From contig NW_021836150.1 of assembly GCF_006345805.1 (NCBI RefSeq), positions 117,177 through 181,176 on the forward strand: DNA of 64,000 bases, written 5' to 3'. Shown here piece after piece: positions 40,085 to 53,374 of this stretch; positions within the stretch are counted from its first letter, which is position 1; each line of letters opens with the position of its first letter. The translations under genes and the position numbers were made by a program. The notes beneath the pieces were generated by a model. The model saw only the letters and a program-made list of their open reading frames with translations, was not told the origin of the DNA and did no database searches. The DNA comes from Octopus sinensis. Lineage: Eukaryota.

Positions 40085-40870
40085 TGATGTGTTGGAGATT
40101 TATAACAGGTAGATGTATGGTGGATAGTTGTGATAAAGCAGTGATAGGAATACCTCAGTTATGAAGATGGTTATAGTTTGCTACAGGTTGGATTTGTAGT
40201 GACAAAGAAGTGAAGCATGTCTGGAGTGTCAGTGCACTGTTTTGTATATGAGTAGGATATGAAACTAATAGGTGTAGTGAATTGAAGATTGTGAAAAATT
40301 CAATTTCGGTACTAGTGACATCAGTAGATGAAGGTGAGAGTCAAGAAGAGTTGATAGCATTGAAGTCACCAAGGGCAATTTGAGAGAAGTGACATGGATG
40401 TCATCACTGTATGCAAAGACATTCAAAAAGCTTTTCCAGAAAGCAGTTGAGGAAGCAAATGTATTTAGTAAAGTGGAGGGATATTTGAGAAAAAAGTATG
40501 GAAGTTTCCACAGCAAATATCCAGTTGAAAAAGATAAGTGGCAGAGAGATGGGGAGGATATAGACATGTAGACATCAACTTTCAGTGTGAGATTCAAACG
40601 TAACCTAGACAGTGCAGATGGACAGTGGGTAAACATTAAGAGTATTAGTATAATGTCTTAGAGAGGAACTAGGATATGTGATTTCTGTTTGAGCGAGAGG
40701 CTATGTGCAGGTTGGATGAGGGTCCAGGGACATAAGAGAAGAGGGAGAACTATGCAGTCGGTTTAGCTTTTACCTAGTGAAATGTGAAAAGTGTTGATGC
40801 ACTGAAATCTCTCAAAGTCGCCTATGAGCAAAAAGCAGTGATAAACAGGAGGGGTGGAGGAGATGATGAG
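40085..40870 (-). mobile_element. Decayed LINE apurinic endonuclease fragment (CR1/Jockey-like)
   Basis: Minus strand LGDFNA motif, followed by a PTH...LF.TNP-like segment. Confidence 0.6.
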
Positions 40871-41075
40871 GCTAACTCTCATTAAAAATACATAAAGGGC
40901 TGTTTAAGGTATGTGCAATAAAGCAGCATTAAACAACAATCTCATAAACACCTGTCTTTTTTTTTAAAAAAAAAGGATCTTTAGAAAAGAAAGGAGTGAT
41001 CATAGAAACACCATAAAATCAGACATGTTAGCAAGCACACACATATATTAATATATGTACATATGTACACACACA

Positions 41076-41106
<31 letters not shown>

Positions 41107-43197
41107 TATACATTCAAATAAAAAATTTTTATCTCAGCTATTTCACATAGTGATGGTAGTTGTTCTGTTGTACTGAATTATTTTATAGTTGTACCATGCT
41201 ATTTTATGCTCTTCTTCCAAATGTTTGACATTAATTTATTTCCACATCAGAGTTTTAATTAACTCGCTGAAAGATTTTGGTCAAGTGAGTTATTATACAC
41301 TGATTAATGTGCTTGAAGATCTGAGAAAAACCCAACTAACCTGTCACTCCCACTGCCAGCCAACTTCTCTGCAGAGAGAAAACAGGAAGTGTTTCTTTTC
41401 TATGTAGTTAAAATATTAGTTTTAAGGTCTAAAAGATCACAGAACTTACAACCCATTTTATTTTTTTCACAAATTTATTTTCTATAGTTCAAGTTTATTT
41501 TTTTAACTTCTAGAGATTGTACAGACAGTGAAATATCATGTTATAACTACTATATGTGTTTACTTGTGTTTCTATTGCATATCCTGTTGAAAAGTTGCTG
41601 AAGTTTTAATTCAGATTTTGGCCAAAAGAGTTACTCTACTAAACTAATCCACTTGTTTGAAGAGTTGAATCCAAGTTCTTTTCTTCCATTCATATCTAGT
41701 AGCTTAGTGTTTCCCATTAAGTAACATTATATCTACTATGTCTCATCCACCAAAACCCCTTGCTATTTACTTTGGTTCTTCCGATGAAGAACTGGTTTCT
41801 TTGGGAATTCTCTATCAACCGAGGAGGTCATATAAACAGCATGGAAAGCCCTCATCTCCTCCAACTAAATAGTAGTAATTCTCATACAGGTACAGCAAGT
41901 ATAAACTCTTTCAACATCTCCTTTCATTAGAAGCTTGACTTGCAAGAATCAACAGCTAAATCTCACTTAAATTGACCCCATCAGAGGATGGGCACAACAA
42001 AAAGAATTCTGATCATAGGTTTGTTCAATCAGAATAGATCTAGGCCAAGCCACTATCGCCATCACCACCATCACCACCTTGCATATTTCACATTACATTT
42101 TATTAAAGTCTAGAGAAAACGTTTCTGCTGTATGCAGAGAAATGAAATAAAACTTCCTATTTAGATATAAACATAAATTTTAACAATGAAACTATTCATC
42201 TATCAATGCCTATAGTTTGGTAAGTAGTATTGAGAATGGTATAATTGAAAAATAATTTGCTGTTTTGATATGCTATGATTTCTAGTATCCTACCTATTAA
42301 TGATATTTAACATGTATTACAATAGAGAAGGAAATGACTAAGATATTGTTGCAGTTGTTGAATTCTAAAATACCTCCTTTAAATTCACATACGCGGTACT
42401 TAGGAACATGTGTGTGCCTCTTAACAAATGCTAGAAAATTTGAAAATAGATGATTCTGATGTGAACTTTAATGATTATTTAAAAACAAATAAAATAATTG
42501 CTATGTTTCATACTTCTAAATGCAAATTTCACAAAAGGAAATACAGATTAGGTTCAAGATGAAAATCATAAATATGTGTGTGCATGTGTATTCGTATTAA
42601 TTATTCTTACACAGTATTTCATAAATATAACTTAAGGCAAAATAAGGCAGCATAACTGTCATTAGAAGCCAAATATTCCAATTGTTGTATACAAGACAAC
42701 TACGTTACAGTTACATCAAAGTGTTCCTGAATAACTTAAAATATTAAATTAGTATTTAGCACTTATAAACAATTCGATGGCTAAACTAAAAGTATCTACC
42801 TACTTTTGTACTATAAGGGTATTGCAAATAATTATAAAGTCGCTCAAACTACCAGCAAACACTCTGCTCAAACACTGTGTTTAACACAGATTTGCACACA
42901 CGCACACACACACAAAGTAATAGACATAAAAATTGCAGCCGAGACTGAAAAAAATTCCTTTTAGAAAAAATTTTTTTTAGAAATTTTAGAAATAATTTAT
43001 GAAAACAAAGTCGTAAAAAATAAAAACAAGGATGACTGAGTACCATAAAACAAATAGATAAGGTTGCTATAACTGAAAGTGAGAGTTAAACATTAATATG
43101 TTATTTGCTACGTTAATACTTTGTATGTATGTATGTAAGTATGTATATGTACATACATACATATATGTGTATATATATAAATATATATATATTACCC

Positions 43198-43567
43198 TTT
43201 TACTCTTTTACTTGTTTCAGTCATTTGACTGTGGCCATGCTGGAGCACCACCTTTAATCGAGCAACTCGACCCGGGACTTATTCTTTGTAAGCCAAGTAC
43301 TTATTCTATCGGTCTCTTTTGCCAAACCGCTAAGTGACGGGGACATAAACACACCAGCATCGGTTGTCAAGCAATGCTAGGGGGACAAACACAGACACAC
43401 ACGCGCATCATCATCATCGTCGTTTAACGTCCGTTCTCCATGCTAGCATGGGTTGGACGGTTCGACCGGGGTTCTGGGAAGCCAGAAGGCTGCACCAGGC
43501 TCCAGTCTAATCTGGCAATATTTCTACAGCTGGATGCCCTTCCTAACGCCAACCACTCCGTGAGCGC

Positions 43568-43598
<31 letters not shown>

Positions 43599-43763
43599 TA
43601 CGACGGGCTTCTTTCAGTTTCCGTCTACCAAATCCACTCACAAGGCTTTGGTCGGCCCGAGGCTATAGTAGAAGACCCTTGCCCAAGATGCCACGCAGTG
43701 GGACTAAACCCGGAACCATGTGGTTGGTAAGCAAGCTACTTACCACACAGCCACTCCTGCGCC
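43198..43763 (-). mobile_element. Family B SINE with a nested family A insertion (43407-43563)
   Basis: B sequence is interrupted in its internal microsatellite. The A insert is flanked by GCGCAT on both sides. Confidence 0.9.
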
Positions 43764-43824
43764 TATATATATATATATATATGCATGCATACATACAAAC
43801 ATAATGCACTGGTTATAGTTTTGC

Positions 43825-44175
43825 ATGGTACCTTTGAGAAGCGTCTTTTGCTATAGCTATGGGCCAACGAAAGCCTTGTGAGTGACTTTAGTAGATGGAA
43901 ATTGAAAGAAGCACATCATGTGTGTGTGTGAGTTTGTGTCACCTTGCCTTGACATCATGTGATAGTTGTAACTGATTATCATTGTAATACAGGCAGTGTC
44001 GTTCGTTTCCAATATTCAGCAAGAACATGTCTAGCCACTGGCAAGTATTACCTTGGTTGGAAACAGGTAAGAGTAGGTGACAGGTAGGGCATCCAGCTGT
44101 AGAAAATCTGCTTCAATAAACTCCAGCCAACCCTTGCAAGCATGGAAAAGGGATTCGATGATGATAATGATGAAG
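43825..44175 (+). mobile_element. Hybrid SINE with a B-type core, a distinct body and an A-like tail
   Basis: GCTATAGC..GGGCCAACGAAAGCCTTGTGAGTG (B core), then AGGGCATCCAGCTGTAGAAAA...GCATGGAAAA..(GAT)n (A tail). Confidence 0.6.
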
Positions 44176-44289
44176 ATTACACACACACACATATATATAT
44201 ATATATTTATATATATAGATACACTCGTGTATACACATACATATATATAGGATGGGGGTAGGAATGATTAGAAAGAGAAACCTGAAGAG

Positions 44290-44815
44290 GTTTTCTACTT
44301 TGTGTGGCATCATGAAAACAAAATCAAAGAAGAATATAATGATGAGGATAATCCTGTGGGATGCAATGATTCAGTGTGACCATCAGATTAGACATCGGAA
44401 ACTTGACATTGTTGTGAGGAACAGAAAAAGAAAAAAAACCTTGCATGATAATTGACATAGCATGTCCCGATGGCAACAGGATCAAAGAGAAAGAAGAAGA
44501 AAAACTGAATTACTATGACAATTTGAAGTGAGAAATATGCATGTTGTGGGCAATGAAGAGAGTGGACGTGATACCAGTAGTAATTGGCAAGCTTGGAAGT
44601 ATCAGCACTCAATTACTGACACGACTCAAAAAAGATTGGTACAAATGTAAAGATAAAACACCTACAAAAGTCATCATTGCTTGGAACTGCAAGAGTTTTA
44701 CACAGGATTCTTAAAGCATGATGAGTAAACAAGTGACACCTTCGGCTGATGGCTGTGGACAGCTGACACTTTCCATCATACCCAGCAAAATAAACTGAGA
44801 GTTTTAATCAAATAA
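44290..44815 (+). mobile_element. R4/Dong-like LINE 3' fragment (restriction-like endonuclease)
   Basis: ILWDAMIQCD..IRHRKLDIVV, then after a frameshift CMIIDIACP...EK...LK*EI..LW..K.V.VIPVVIG.LG and LLGTARVL. Ends at (TAA)-rich sequence. Confidence 0.82.
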
Positions 44816-45062
44816 TAAAAATAATAATGATAATCCTTTTATTATAGGCACAAAGCCTGAAATTTGGGGGAGGGGGATAGTTGATTACATCGACCCCAGT
44901 ACTCAACTGGTAATTAATTTATTGACCCTGAAAGGATGAAAGGTAAAGTTGACCTTAGCGCTATTTGAACTCAGAACGTAAAGACAGACGAACTGCCGCT
45001 AAGTATTTTGCCTGGCATGTTAACAATTCTGCCAAATAATAATAATGATAATATTAATAATG

Positions 45063-45116
<54 letters not shown>

Positions 45117-45600
45117 TTGGTTTCAAATTCTAGCAAAAGTCCAGCAATTTTGTGGGAGGGGTAAGTTGATTACATCAACCCTACCGTTCAACTGGTACTT
45201 ATTTTATTGATTCCAAAAGGATGAAAGGCAAAGCCGAAATTGGCTTTGAATTCAGAATGTAACATTGGATGAAATGCTGCTAAGCATTTTGCCTGTTATG
45301 CTAATCAGTTGCCAGTTCATTGCTTTCATAATAATAATAATAATAATAATAATAATCCTTTCTAAATTTCAGGCTTGAAATTTGGAGGAAGGGGGCTAGG
45401 TGATTTCATCAACCCCAGTGTTCTACTGGTACTTATTTCATCAACCCCAGTGTCTCACTGGTACTTATTTCATTGACCCCGAAAGAATGAAAGGCAAAAT
45501 CAACCTTGCAGTATTTGAACTCAGAACATAGAGATGAATGAAATACTGCAAAGCATTTTGCTCAGCTTGCTAATGATTCTGCCAGCTCACCACCTTAATC
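44815..45600 (-). mobile_element. Array of three family C SINEs in (AAT)n tracts
   Basis: Copies at about 44830-45035, 45115-45328 and 45355-45597. Long (AAT)n at 45038-45118. The third copy has an internal 32-bp tandem duplication. Confidence 0.85.
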
Positions 45601-45652
45601 ATAATAATAATAATGATACAGTTCTATACTTAAGAGATGAGGAATTATGTAC

Positions 45653-46140
45653 ATTATTTACATTATTTACAATTGATAGATATTTGTCCTCATCTTGTTT
45701 GTTCTAAAACCAAACTTTTCAGCTGATATACCCTCCAGCCTTCATCAGGTGTCTTGGGGAAATTTTGAACCTGGGTTCTCATTCCTAAAGTATTTTCCGA
45801 TGTTATTATTATTATTATTCAGGTCACTGCATGGAATTGAACTCGGAATCTTGGAGTTAGTAGGTAGTGCTCTTAACCACTATGCCATATGCCTGCGGGC
45901 ATATGGCGTTGTGGTTAAGAGTGCAGGCTACTAATCTCAAGATTCCGAGTTCGATTCCAGGCAGTGACCTGAATAATAATAATAACAACAACATCGACAA
46001 ATACTTTAGGAATGAGAACTCAGGTTCGAAATTTCCCCAAGACACCTGATGAAGGCTGGAGGGTATATCAGCCAAAATGTTGGGTTAACAACAAACAAGA
46101 TGAGGACGAATATCTGTCAATTGTAAATAATGTAAATAAT
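45653..46140. mobile_element. 488-bp head-to-head palindrome of tRNA-like head, (AAT)n and hammerhead-like motif
   Basis: Centre GCCATATGCC-TGCG-GGCATATGGC. Each arm has A box TGGCGTTGTGG and B box GAGTTCGATTCC, then GACAC-CTGATGA-A-GGCTG...CAGC(C/T)-(A/G)AAA. Confidence 0.85.
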
Positions 46141-46375
46141 AATGATCTGTTCTACTGTAGGCACAATGCCTGAAATTTGGGGGGTGGGGCTAATCGAATA
46201 CATCAAACACCAGTGCATAACTGGTACTTATTTCACTGACCCTGAAAGAATGAAAAGCAAAGTCGACCTTGTTGGAATTTGAATTCAGAACGTGAAGACA
46301 GATGAAATACTGCTAAGCACTTTACCTGGGATGCTAGTGATTCAGCCAGCTTGCCGCCGTAATAATAATGACGAT
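46140..46375 (-). mobile_element. Family C SINE
   Basis: Homology to the other family C copies. Confidence 0.85.
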
Positions 46376-47838
46376 GATGATGATGATAATAAACAGTAGC
46401 AACATAAAGTAAGGAGAAATGATTACATACATTATTTTGTTCAGTCTATTTTTCATATTTGATATCAATATTCTTTGAAAGAGTCCGCACTCTTTTGTCA
46501 AATATGTTGTTGTAATGTGAATCTATGAACCTGACTTGATAAACAGCAGTGGATTTCCTACTTTTGTGTTCATTTCCTATGCAAAAGAGGTCACCAATGT
46601 CACCAAAGTTACACTTCCTATATTCTTAACCTTAACAAGCAACAAGCTGCAAGTTAATACAAAAGCGACATAATCTATATGCACCACAAGTGCATCACGT
46701 AACCATTTAGTTAGATTCAAAGGTTGACTAAGTGCACTCTCATTGCCATGGTAAACCTGCAGGAAATGATAGCTGTATCAGTGTAACACCAGTTCAAAAA
46801 TAAAGCAGCAAGTATGAAACCTGAATACAAAAGCAACAACATTATTGACAATGGCTTGTAGATTAGTATATAAACGTTTTATACTTAACGCAGTACTTTA
46901 CTTCCTTCTAGCATTTGAATTTAAAAATTAGCTTGAATCAAACTATATAACAATGAATCTAACATCAAGGAACAAACATTTGCTTTAAGAAATCATACAT
47001 ATGTCTGAGTTTGTAAAACTTCAAGCTAATTCTAGCAGGGGAAAAGTATGCACTATGGGAGAAAAATCACAGGAGGTATCTGGATATCATGACAAAGCTA
47101 TCCCTCTTCAGAGATGATGATGTTGAAATACTGCAACCTTATTCATTCCCAGTTGTCTTTCCTTTCATGTTCTCTAAAGAGAATCTGGGGTGTAGTTGAA
47201 AAAAAGTGTGTTCCCAAAATATACTCCATTCTAATAGTTCAAGAGATCAATTTTGTCAGAAGTCTGTATTCTTGTGATCTATTTTAGTTCACAACAGTAA
47301 TATTGATTACAGTCAGTGCTACCTATAATAGTCAATAACATTGTTAATGTACTTTGGTCTCTTGAGGAATACTAGACTTAGGAGACTGGTGCAAGTAAGC
47401 ACATGATTGCTTTTGCTTTTACTTGAAAGATTGCTACTGGTTCAATTGAAGAATATTTTCACTCATTACAGAAGAGGGAGACAGAGGGAAAATACGATAA
47501 AATGAAACAAAAATGGAAAAGGGAATGTTAAAAATAAAGAAAGAACATTGTTAAGTTGTAGACTTTCAGCTGTCACAAACTAGAAACTGACATTCTTGTA
47601 AAGATAGCATGTCCTCATTTTGACTCAGATAAACAGCAGAATATCAAAACACATGTTTTCAAAATATGTTAAAAATGAGTGTTTTCTGGAGATGGATCAA
47701 ACAAACAATTGAGCGGAGATTTTATAGATCAAATATCAATACCATAAAAAAAAAACGAAAAAAACAAAAAACAAATAATTAAATAATCCAATGTAAGAGC
47801 TCCTAATAAGCCATTTGATTTGCTGAAATAGCAACTAA

Positions 47839-48232
47839 TCTTTATATATAAAAGTGAAATTGTGTGTCTGTCTCCTACGATTTAGATTCTTAACTACTCC
47901 CACATTTTGCGGTGCAGTTTAACCAAAAGCGGGTATCTTATAGTCGTGATTCATATCGAGCCCTTCTGGGTATTAGTGCGCATCTACGATGAGTCTACGA
48001 TTTAAAAAAAATTTACCATAATTTTTTTTCCATTTTTAATGCATTTTTTGCTATTATATAAGGGAAGTAACTCTCTAATAATGTATTATTAAATCTCAGA
48101 ACGTAAATAGCTACAGTAACACCCCCCTTTGTGGTTAGCCATATTGAGATGGCTATTATACTTTACATCTCTAAAAATGCTTATATAGTTATTTCCCTTA
48201 CAAACCCGAGCAACGCCAGGCGATACTGCTAG
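47839..48232 (+). mobile_element. Non-autonomous Helitron
   Basis: A|TCTTTATATATAAAAG start, hairpin CCCGAGCAACGCCAGG, end ...ACTGCTAG|T. Confidence 0.85.
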
Positions 48233-49311
48233 TTTTTTTTACAAAAATCACAGTTCATTTCTTTAAAACAGAAGGGCATATTGGAATATGTAGTCCTGGA
48301 TGTAATTTGTTGCACAATAAAAGGAGTTATCAAGTCTAACATATTATTGGTTAAAGCTTTTATTTGATTAAAGCTGAGTGGGCATTTTTTTCTATTTTGT
48401 GGTAGGGAAGACAACACCCAAAACTTGTTTTATTTTTATAGGGTGAAGGGGACTATTAAACTGATGAGTGGAACTTTGAGTTACCCTCAAATCAGACTGA
48501 GTTACCCTCAAACCTAACTGGAGTACTCCCAATAGTGAACTTTCTAAAGCAGTGGTTCTCAACCAAGGTTCATATGGCCCAGGGGAGGGTTCCAAATAAG
48601 ATTTTGCTGTTAAAATTTATGTGAAATAAATTGCTTATACTTTTACAATACACAAAATATTCTAAATTTTTTAAATACATTTCCTAATAATATTTAAGTA
48701 TAAGAATACAGTAGGATGGTTTTTTTTTCATACACATTGAATGACTATAGAGGTCCAGTTGAGTAAAATAGGAACCAAAGAGGACCATACGCAAAAATGG
48801 CACCCAGCAATCAGGTAGTGAATTAAACTGGGAGACAGATTAAGTCCATCATTTAAGGTATATGGTTAAACATAAATGTGAAAAAAATCATTCGAATATT
48901 AAAATAAAAATTCATTGATACTCATAGAAATAAAGTACAGATAATTCAGGCATTCATGGAACAGAAAATAAATGGGTTATACATAGAGTACCAAATGAAC
49001 CATTGAGAGGGTTTCTATAACTGTCTTTTGGGTCTCTAAAACTTAAAATGTAAGGCATAGCAATGTGACCAGACAGTGGCTTAATAAACAGGAATTATGT
49101 TTATGGAACCATTCAGGACAATTGCTTTTATTGGCCTACACTATATTGACCACTTTTTAAATACATATTGCCTGCAAGATACGCAACATTGCTTCTCCCA
49201 GATTTAAAATTTTAGAAATCTTTTTTCCTAAAGACAAATTAATACATTCATGACTTTCTGGTGAAACACATAGTTCTAGATCATTATTAGTTACATTTGA
49301 AAATTAGGCAT

Positions 49312-50009
49312 TTCTTTAGAAGCGCATCTCTCGAAGGAAATGATGCCTAATTTCTAAAAAAATTATGAAAATAGGAAATATATCCAAAATAAATGAAATA
49401 TGCAAAAAATTAGGAAGATTCAACTATTTAAAAATATTTTATACTAAAAAAATAAAACATAGAAAATGGGCACTCGCAAATATAAACAAACATATCGGAC
49501 GATGTATCAGATATTATTAATGATACGAGGGGCCCAACAATAACGTTTGCAAATTCTTGATAGGTTTTAATCAGATTTTTTACTGTGCACACTGGTTAGG
49601 GTTAGTGTTAGTTTTAGGGTTAGGGTTAGGTGGTGTGCACTCACTTTACCTTTGCCCATTTTATGATGTGATATTTCCTGTTCAGACACAAAATCTGACA
49701 TAATAGTATATATTAGTTATAAACTGACTTTTAGGAAATAAAAATTGGGAAACGATCTTCTTACAATTCGCAGACGATATTGTTTGGCCCCTTGTATCAT
49801 TAGTAATATCTGACTGGTAAAAGTAAGTTATCGTCCGACATGTTTTTTATATTCTTTTCCGCATTTTAGTTTTTAGTATAAAATATTTAAAAATAGATGA
49901 ATCTTCTGAAGTTTTTTTGCATGCTTCATTTATTTTAGATGTATTTCCCATTTTCATAACTTTTTAGCAAGTAAATATCATTTCCTTGGAGAGGTGTGCT
50001 TCTAAAGAA
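49312..50009. repeat. About 700-bp element with about 250-bp diverged inverted arms (MITE-like)
   Basis: TTCTTTAGAAGCGCATCTCTCGAAGGAAATGAT vs ATCATTTCCTTGGAGAGGTGTGCTTCTAAAGAA, with similarity continuing inwards. Confidence 0.75.
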
Positions 50010-53000
50010 GCGCCGAAAATTATAAGAAATAAAACAAATAATGTAATATTATATTTGATTGAGATAGTGATTGTTGTTGGTCAGCTCTGATTGAGCATAC
50101 CTATGATAAAAGTATTCTAGTCGCAATCACCCTGCTTATTATTTTCTGTGGTAGGTGAGATATCTAGGAGTGAATTATCTAATATGTGTCCTTTAATTTT
50201 AAAACTGAGTACTGATTATCTAAAAGTGATTGGTGTAGTTTTTTCTATCAGGTTGAGTGGTCTTATAAATGCTTCTATCAGGTTGAGTGGTCTTATAAAT
50301 GCTTCTTGATTGATTTGAGTGGTGGTTATAATATTTAGAGGTGTAATTGAAGATAATGCATACAGCTTCAGCTGACTAAAGATTGGAATATGTACAGTGT
50401 TTGATGGCTCAGCTGTGTTTTCCACATACCTGTATCAAGAAATTTACTACAATGGTGCCATGTAGAGTATTTGGTCATATTCTTGCAGAATAATCAATAA
50501 TACTTGTAAAATACCCCAACTGAAGAAGCCTTTATGTAGTCATCTGACTGGCAAGAAATTGCAGCCAAATACCCCCTCAGAATGGCTCAAACCATCTTAA
50601 ATAAAAGGAATGAATAACACTGCTCTAAATACATTATGTCAATGTATAATGTTGTCCTAAATACCTTATTCCTGCAAAAAAGTGAAGATGATCATAACTG
50701 GAAAACCTTTGATCATGGCTATCTTTGATCAGAGTTGACCTGGGGCTAAACAACATCACATAGATTCATCCACACCTGTGCTCTATGAAACAGATCTAAA
50801 GTCCTCTCTCCAATACATTATACACAGATTGCTTAGAATAATCTAAGCAGGGGTAGTAGTAGCAGCAGGTAACTGAATTGAAATTGATTCAAGAAATTCA
50901 TTAATATGATGGTAGAGTGAACAGAACAGTGTTCTGGTGAACAAATGAATTCATCAGAATTTGGTTTGGTTAAATAAAAATAATTTTGTAGATTTATCAA
51001 TATCTAGCTGTCATGATACAACTAGAAATATAAATCCAGATCATGAGAATAAATATGATGATGATAATAATATTGCTTTTGATGATATATTTAGCATCTG
51101 AAAAAATTATAGCTCAGAAAGAAATTCAAAATTTTACATCTTTAATTAAAATGTCAGCTGTTTTGGTAGAGAGCAGATATTGAAGAAGAAACTAACGAGA
51201 TTGATGAAGGGGAATTCTTTCAAGAAATCTGTAAAAATTTGCATCTGCTGTAAAACCTGATTAAAATAGTAGGGTATTTCTTTCATATTAAGAACTAATA
51301 TGTGATGTGATACAGGATAATTATTATCACCTTTACACATGCCACTGTGCTAATAACAGTATAATTGAAGTTCTTTGATTGAGTCCAGTATTTTCAACAT
51401 CAGAAATAACAATAACAGAGTTAAATATGGTGATTAGGGAAAATATTAGGAGTTAGTTAACATTGTTCTCAGACCGAGAAAGAAAGGAAGAGAACTCTAA
51501 AGTTTTTTGCTTCCTCACCTGTCATCAGCAGAAGTATAACCATCCCTGGTACACTAGCAAAATGAGTCACTCCAAAAATGTGCAAACTTTTGGAAGTTGG
51601 GGAAAATAAATAATTTTCTATTTAACTATTATGATGTTAATCAATTTTTCTTTATTATTTTTATTTAAAGTTTATTGTTTTTACTCAGAGTCACATTACA
51701 TGTGAAATGGGCATTGTTATCATAAACAAAAGATAAATGAAAAAAGATAAAGAACAGAACTAAAATTTTGGACTTAAAGAATGCATCACTTTTACTTTTG
51801 GCTGAAACTTCAATTATTGATGGAATATTTTTTTTCTTTCATTTTAGTTATAAAACCTGAAGAAAGAAGCCAAGTAAAGGTGAAAATAAGAAACTGCTAC
51901 AACGGAAACTGCTTGGAGCTTAGCCATAGCTTTTAGTCCTATGTACCTATTGTTTTTAACCTCTGACTAGAGCTAGAAGGCCAAGCATAAAAAAAGTTTG
52001 TGTGTGGGTGTTTATAGATATACATTCATACATATATATAAGACCTTATTGTATACAATGCTCAGATACACATTTGTGTATATGAGTGCTCACACACAAA
52101 CATCAAATACACTTATATGTGTTAATACAGATCTATACATAGGAATGTGTGTGTGAGTGTGCATGCAAACAATATAGAAAAGTGGACATAAAATGATGAT
52201 GATGTGTGTATATATATATATGTGTGTGTGTGTACTTGTGTGTGTGTCTGTGCATACATGTATGTAAGTATATGTATATACGACAATGGTAAAAAAATCT
52301 CATGTCCACTCAGATTACTAAGATATATATAAGTAAAGAAAGAAAAGGAAAAATAAGGGTTATGAGTTGTTTGTCTAAAACTGAAGGAATGCCAAATCAT
52401 CAGTTCTTGGCTGAAGCCTTTGGATTTTGGTTGGGATACTTTGATGTATTTCGGAAGAAACTAATTACCTGAAGGCCTTCTTCCAATCAGCATTAACTTT
52501 ATTCTTTATCTTGTTAAGTTCTTTGCATTTTGCATCGCATTTCTTTTTAAAGTTTGTTCTTTTTCAGTTTGTTACATTTTTGCTTATTTCATCTAGCTAG
52601 TTTTAGTAGTAGTATGGCAACAATGCATTGAAAATCCTGGACTTGTGACCCACAAGTCATAAGTTCTTAATCAGCTGTAGGCACCATACTTATCTAACTT
52701 CACTAAACATAGATACACTTGTGCTCTATGGGTGACCCTAAAAGCAGTTACAACTCTATGAAGACAAAAAAGTGTATGACATAATACATGATGTTTATAT
52801 ATTAATTATTATCTTGTAATTTAATCTGGAGGAAAAAGGTAGTTTCAAACCTTTCCATGCTTTCATAGAAAAGGTGATAGAAATAAGTGATTTGAGTTAA
52901 TATTCTTGGTGTTCAGCTCAGGTTCCTTATAAGAGAAAGCCTTGATGGAGAATTGGGTAAAAGGGAATTGTCTAGCATTTAGTGAGTCATGGTTGCAGTG

Positions 53001-53326
53001 ATAGGATATGAGGCTGCTGAAATTATAAGGTTTGGGATGAGAAATCAGTAATCTCTCAGAACAGAAAATATTGTAGAAGCAATCAAGGTAAGACATGACA
53101 GAAACAGCTTGATAATGAGGTAGTTAGCCTCTATTGAATAACGATCAGTTACATTTGCAGAGAGTTAGAAATTTAAAATGGAGTTGGGTTATAATTGATT
53201 AAATCAACTCCTAATACAATACTAGTCTGCATTCTATCACTGAAAATGGATGGAAAACAAAGATGATAGAATTTGAACACAGAAGCTAAAGGGATGTTAG
53301 TAAACACTGGAGAAGAATTGTAATTC

Positions 53327-53328
<2 letters not shown>

Positions 53329-53371
<43 letters not shown>
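53329..53371. repeat. (AT)n microsatellite
   Basis: Direct reading. Confidence 0.95.

Positions 53372-53374
<3 letters not shown>

Noticed and set aside
41341-41368. Minus-strand candidate microexon (cttcctgttttctctctgcag|28 nt|gttagt)
   Set aside because: 28 nt would shift the frame between Ig exons. There is no protein evidence, and it could only be a poison exon if RNA data supported it.
50224-50306. 31-bp tandem duplication (TTCTATCAGGTTGAGTGGTCTTATAAATGC x2)
   Set aside because: Simple local duplication with no spacers. Not CRISPR-like or otherwise informative.
51518-51585. Minus-strand ...MVILLLMT-G|gtgagg, signal-peptide-like exon end
   Set aside because: Short and weakly hydrophobic, and no Ig1 exon was found between it and the 37453 exon.
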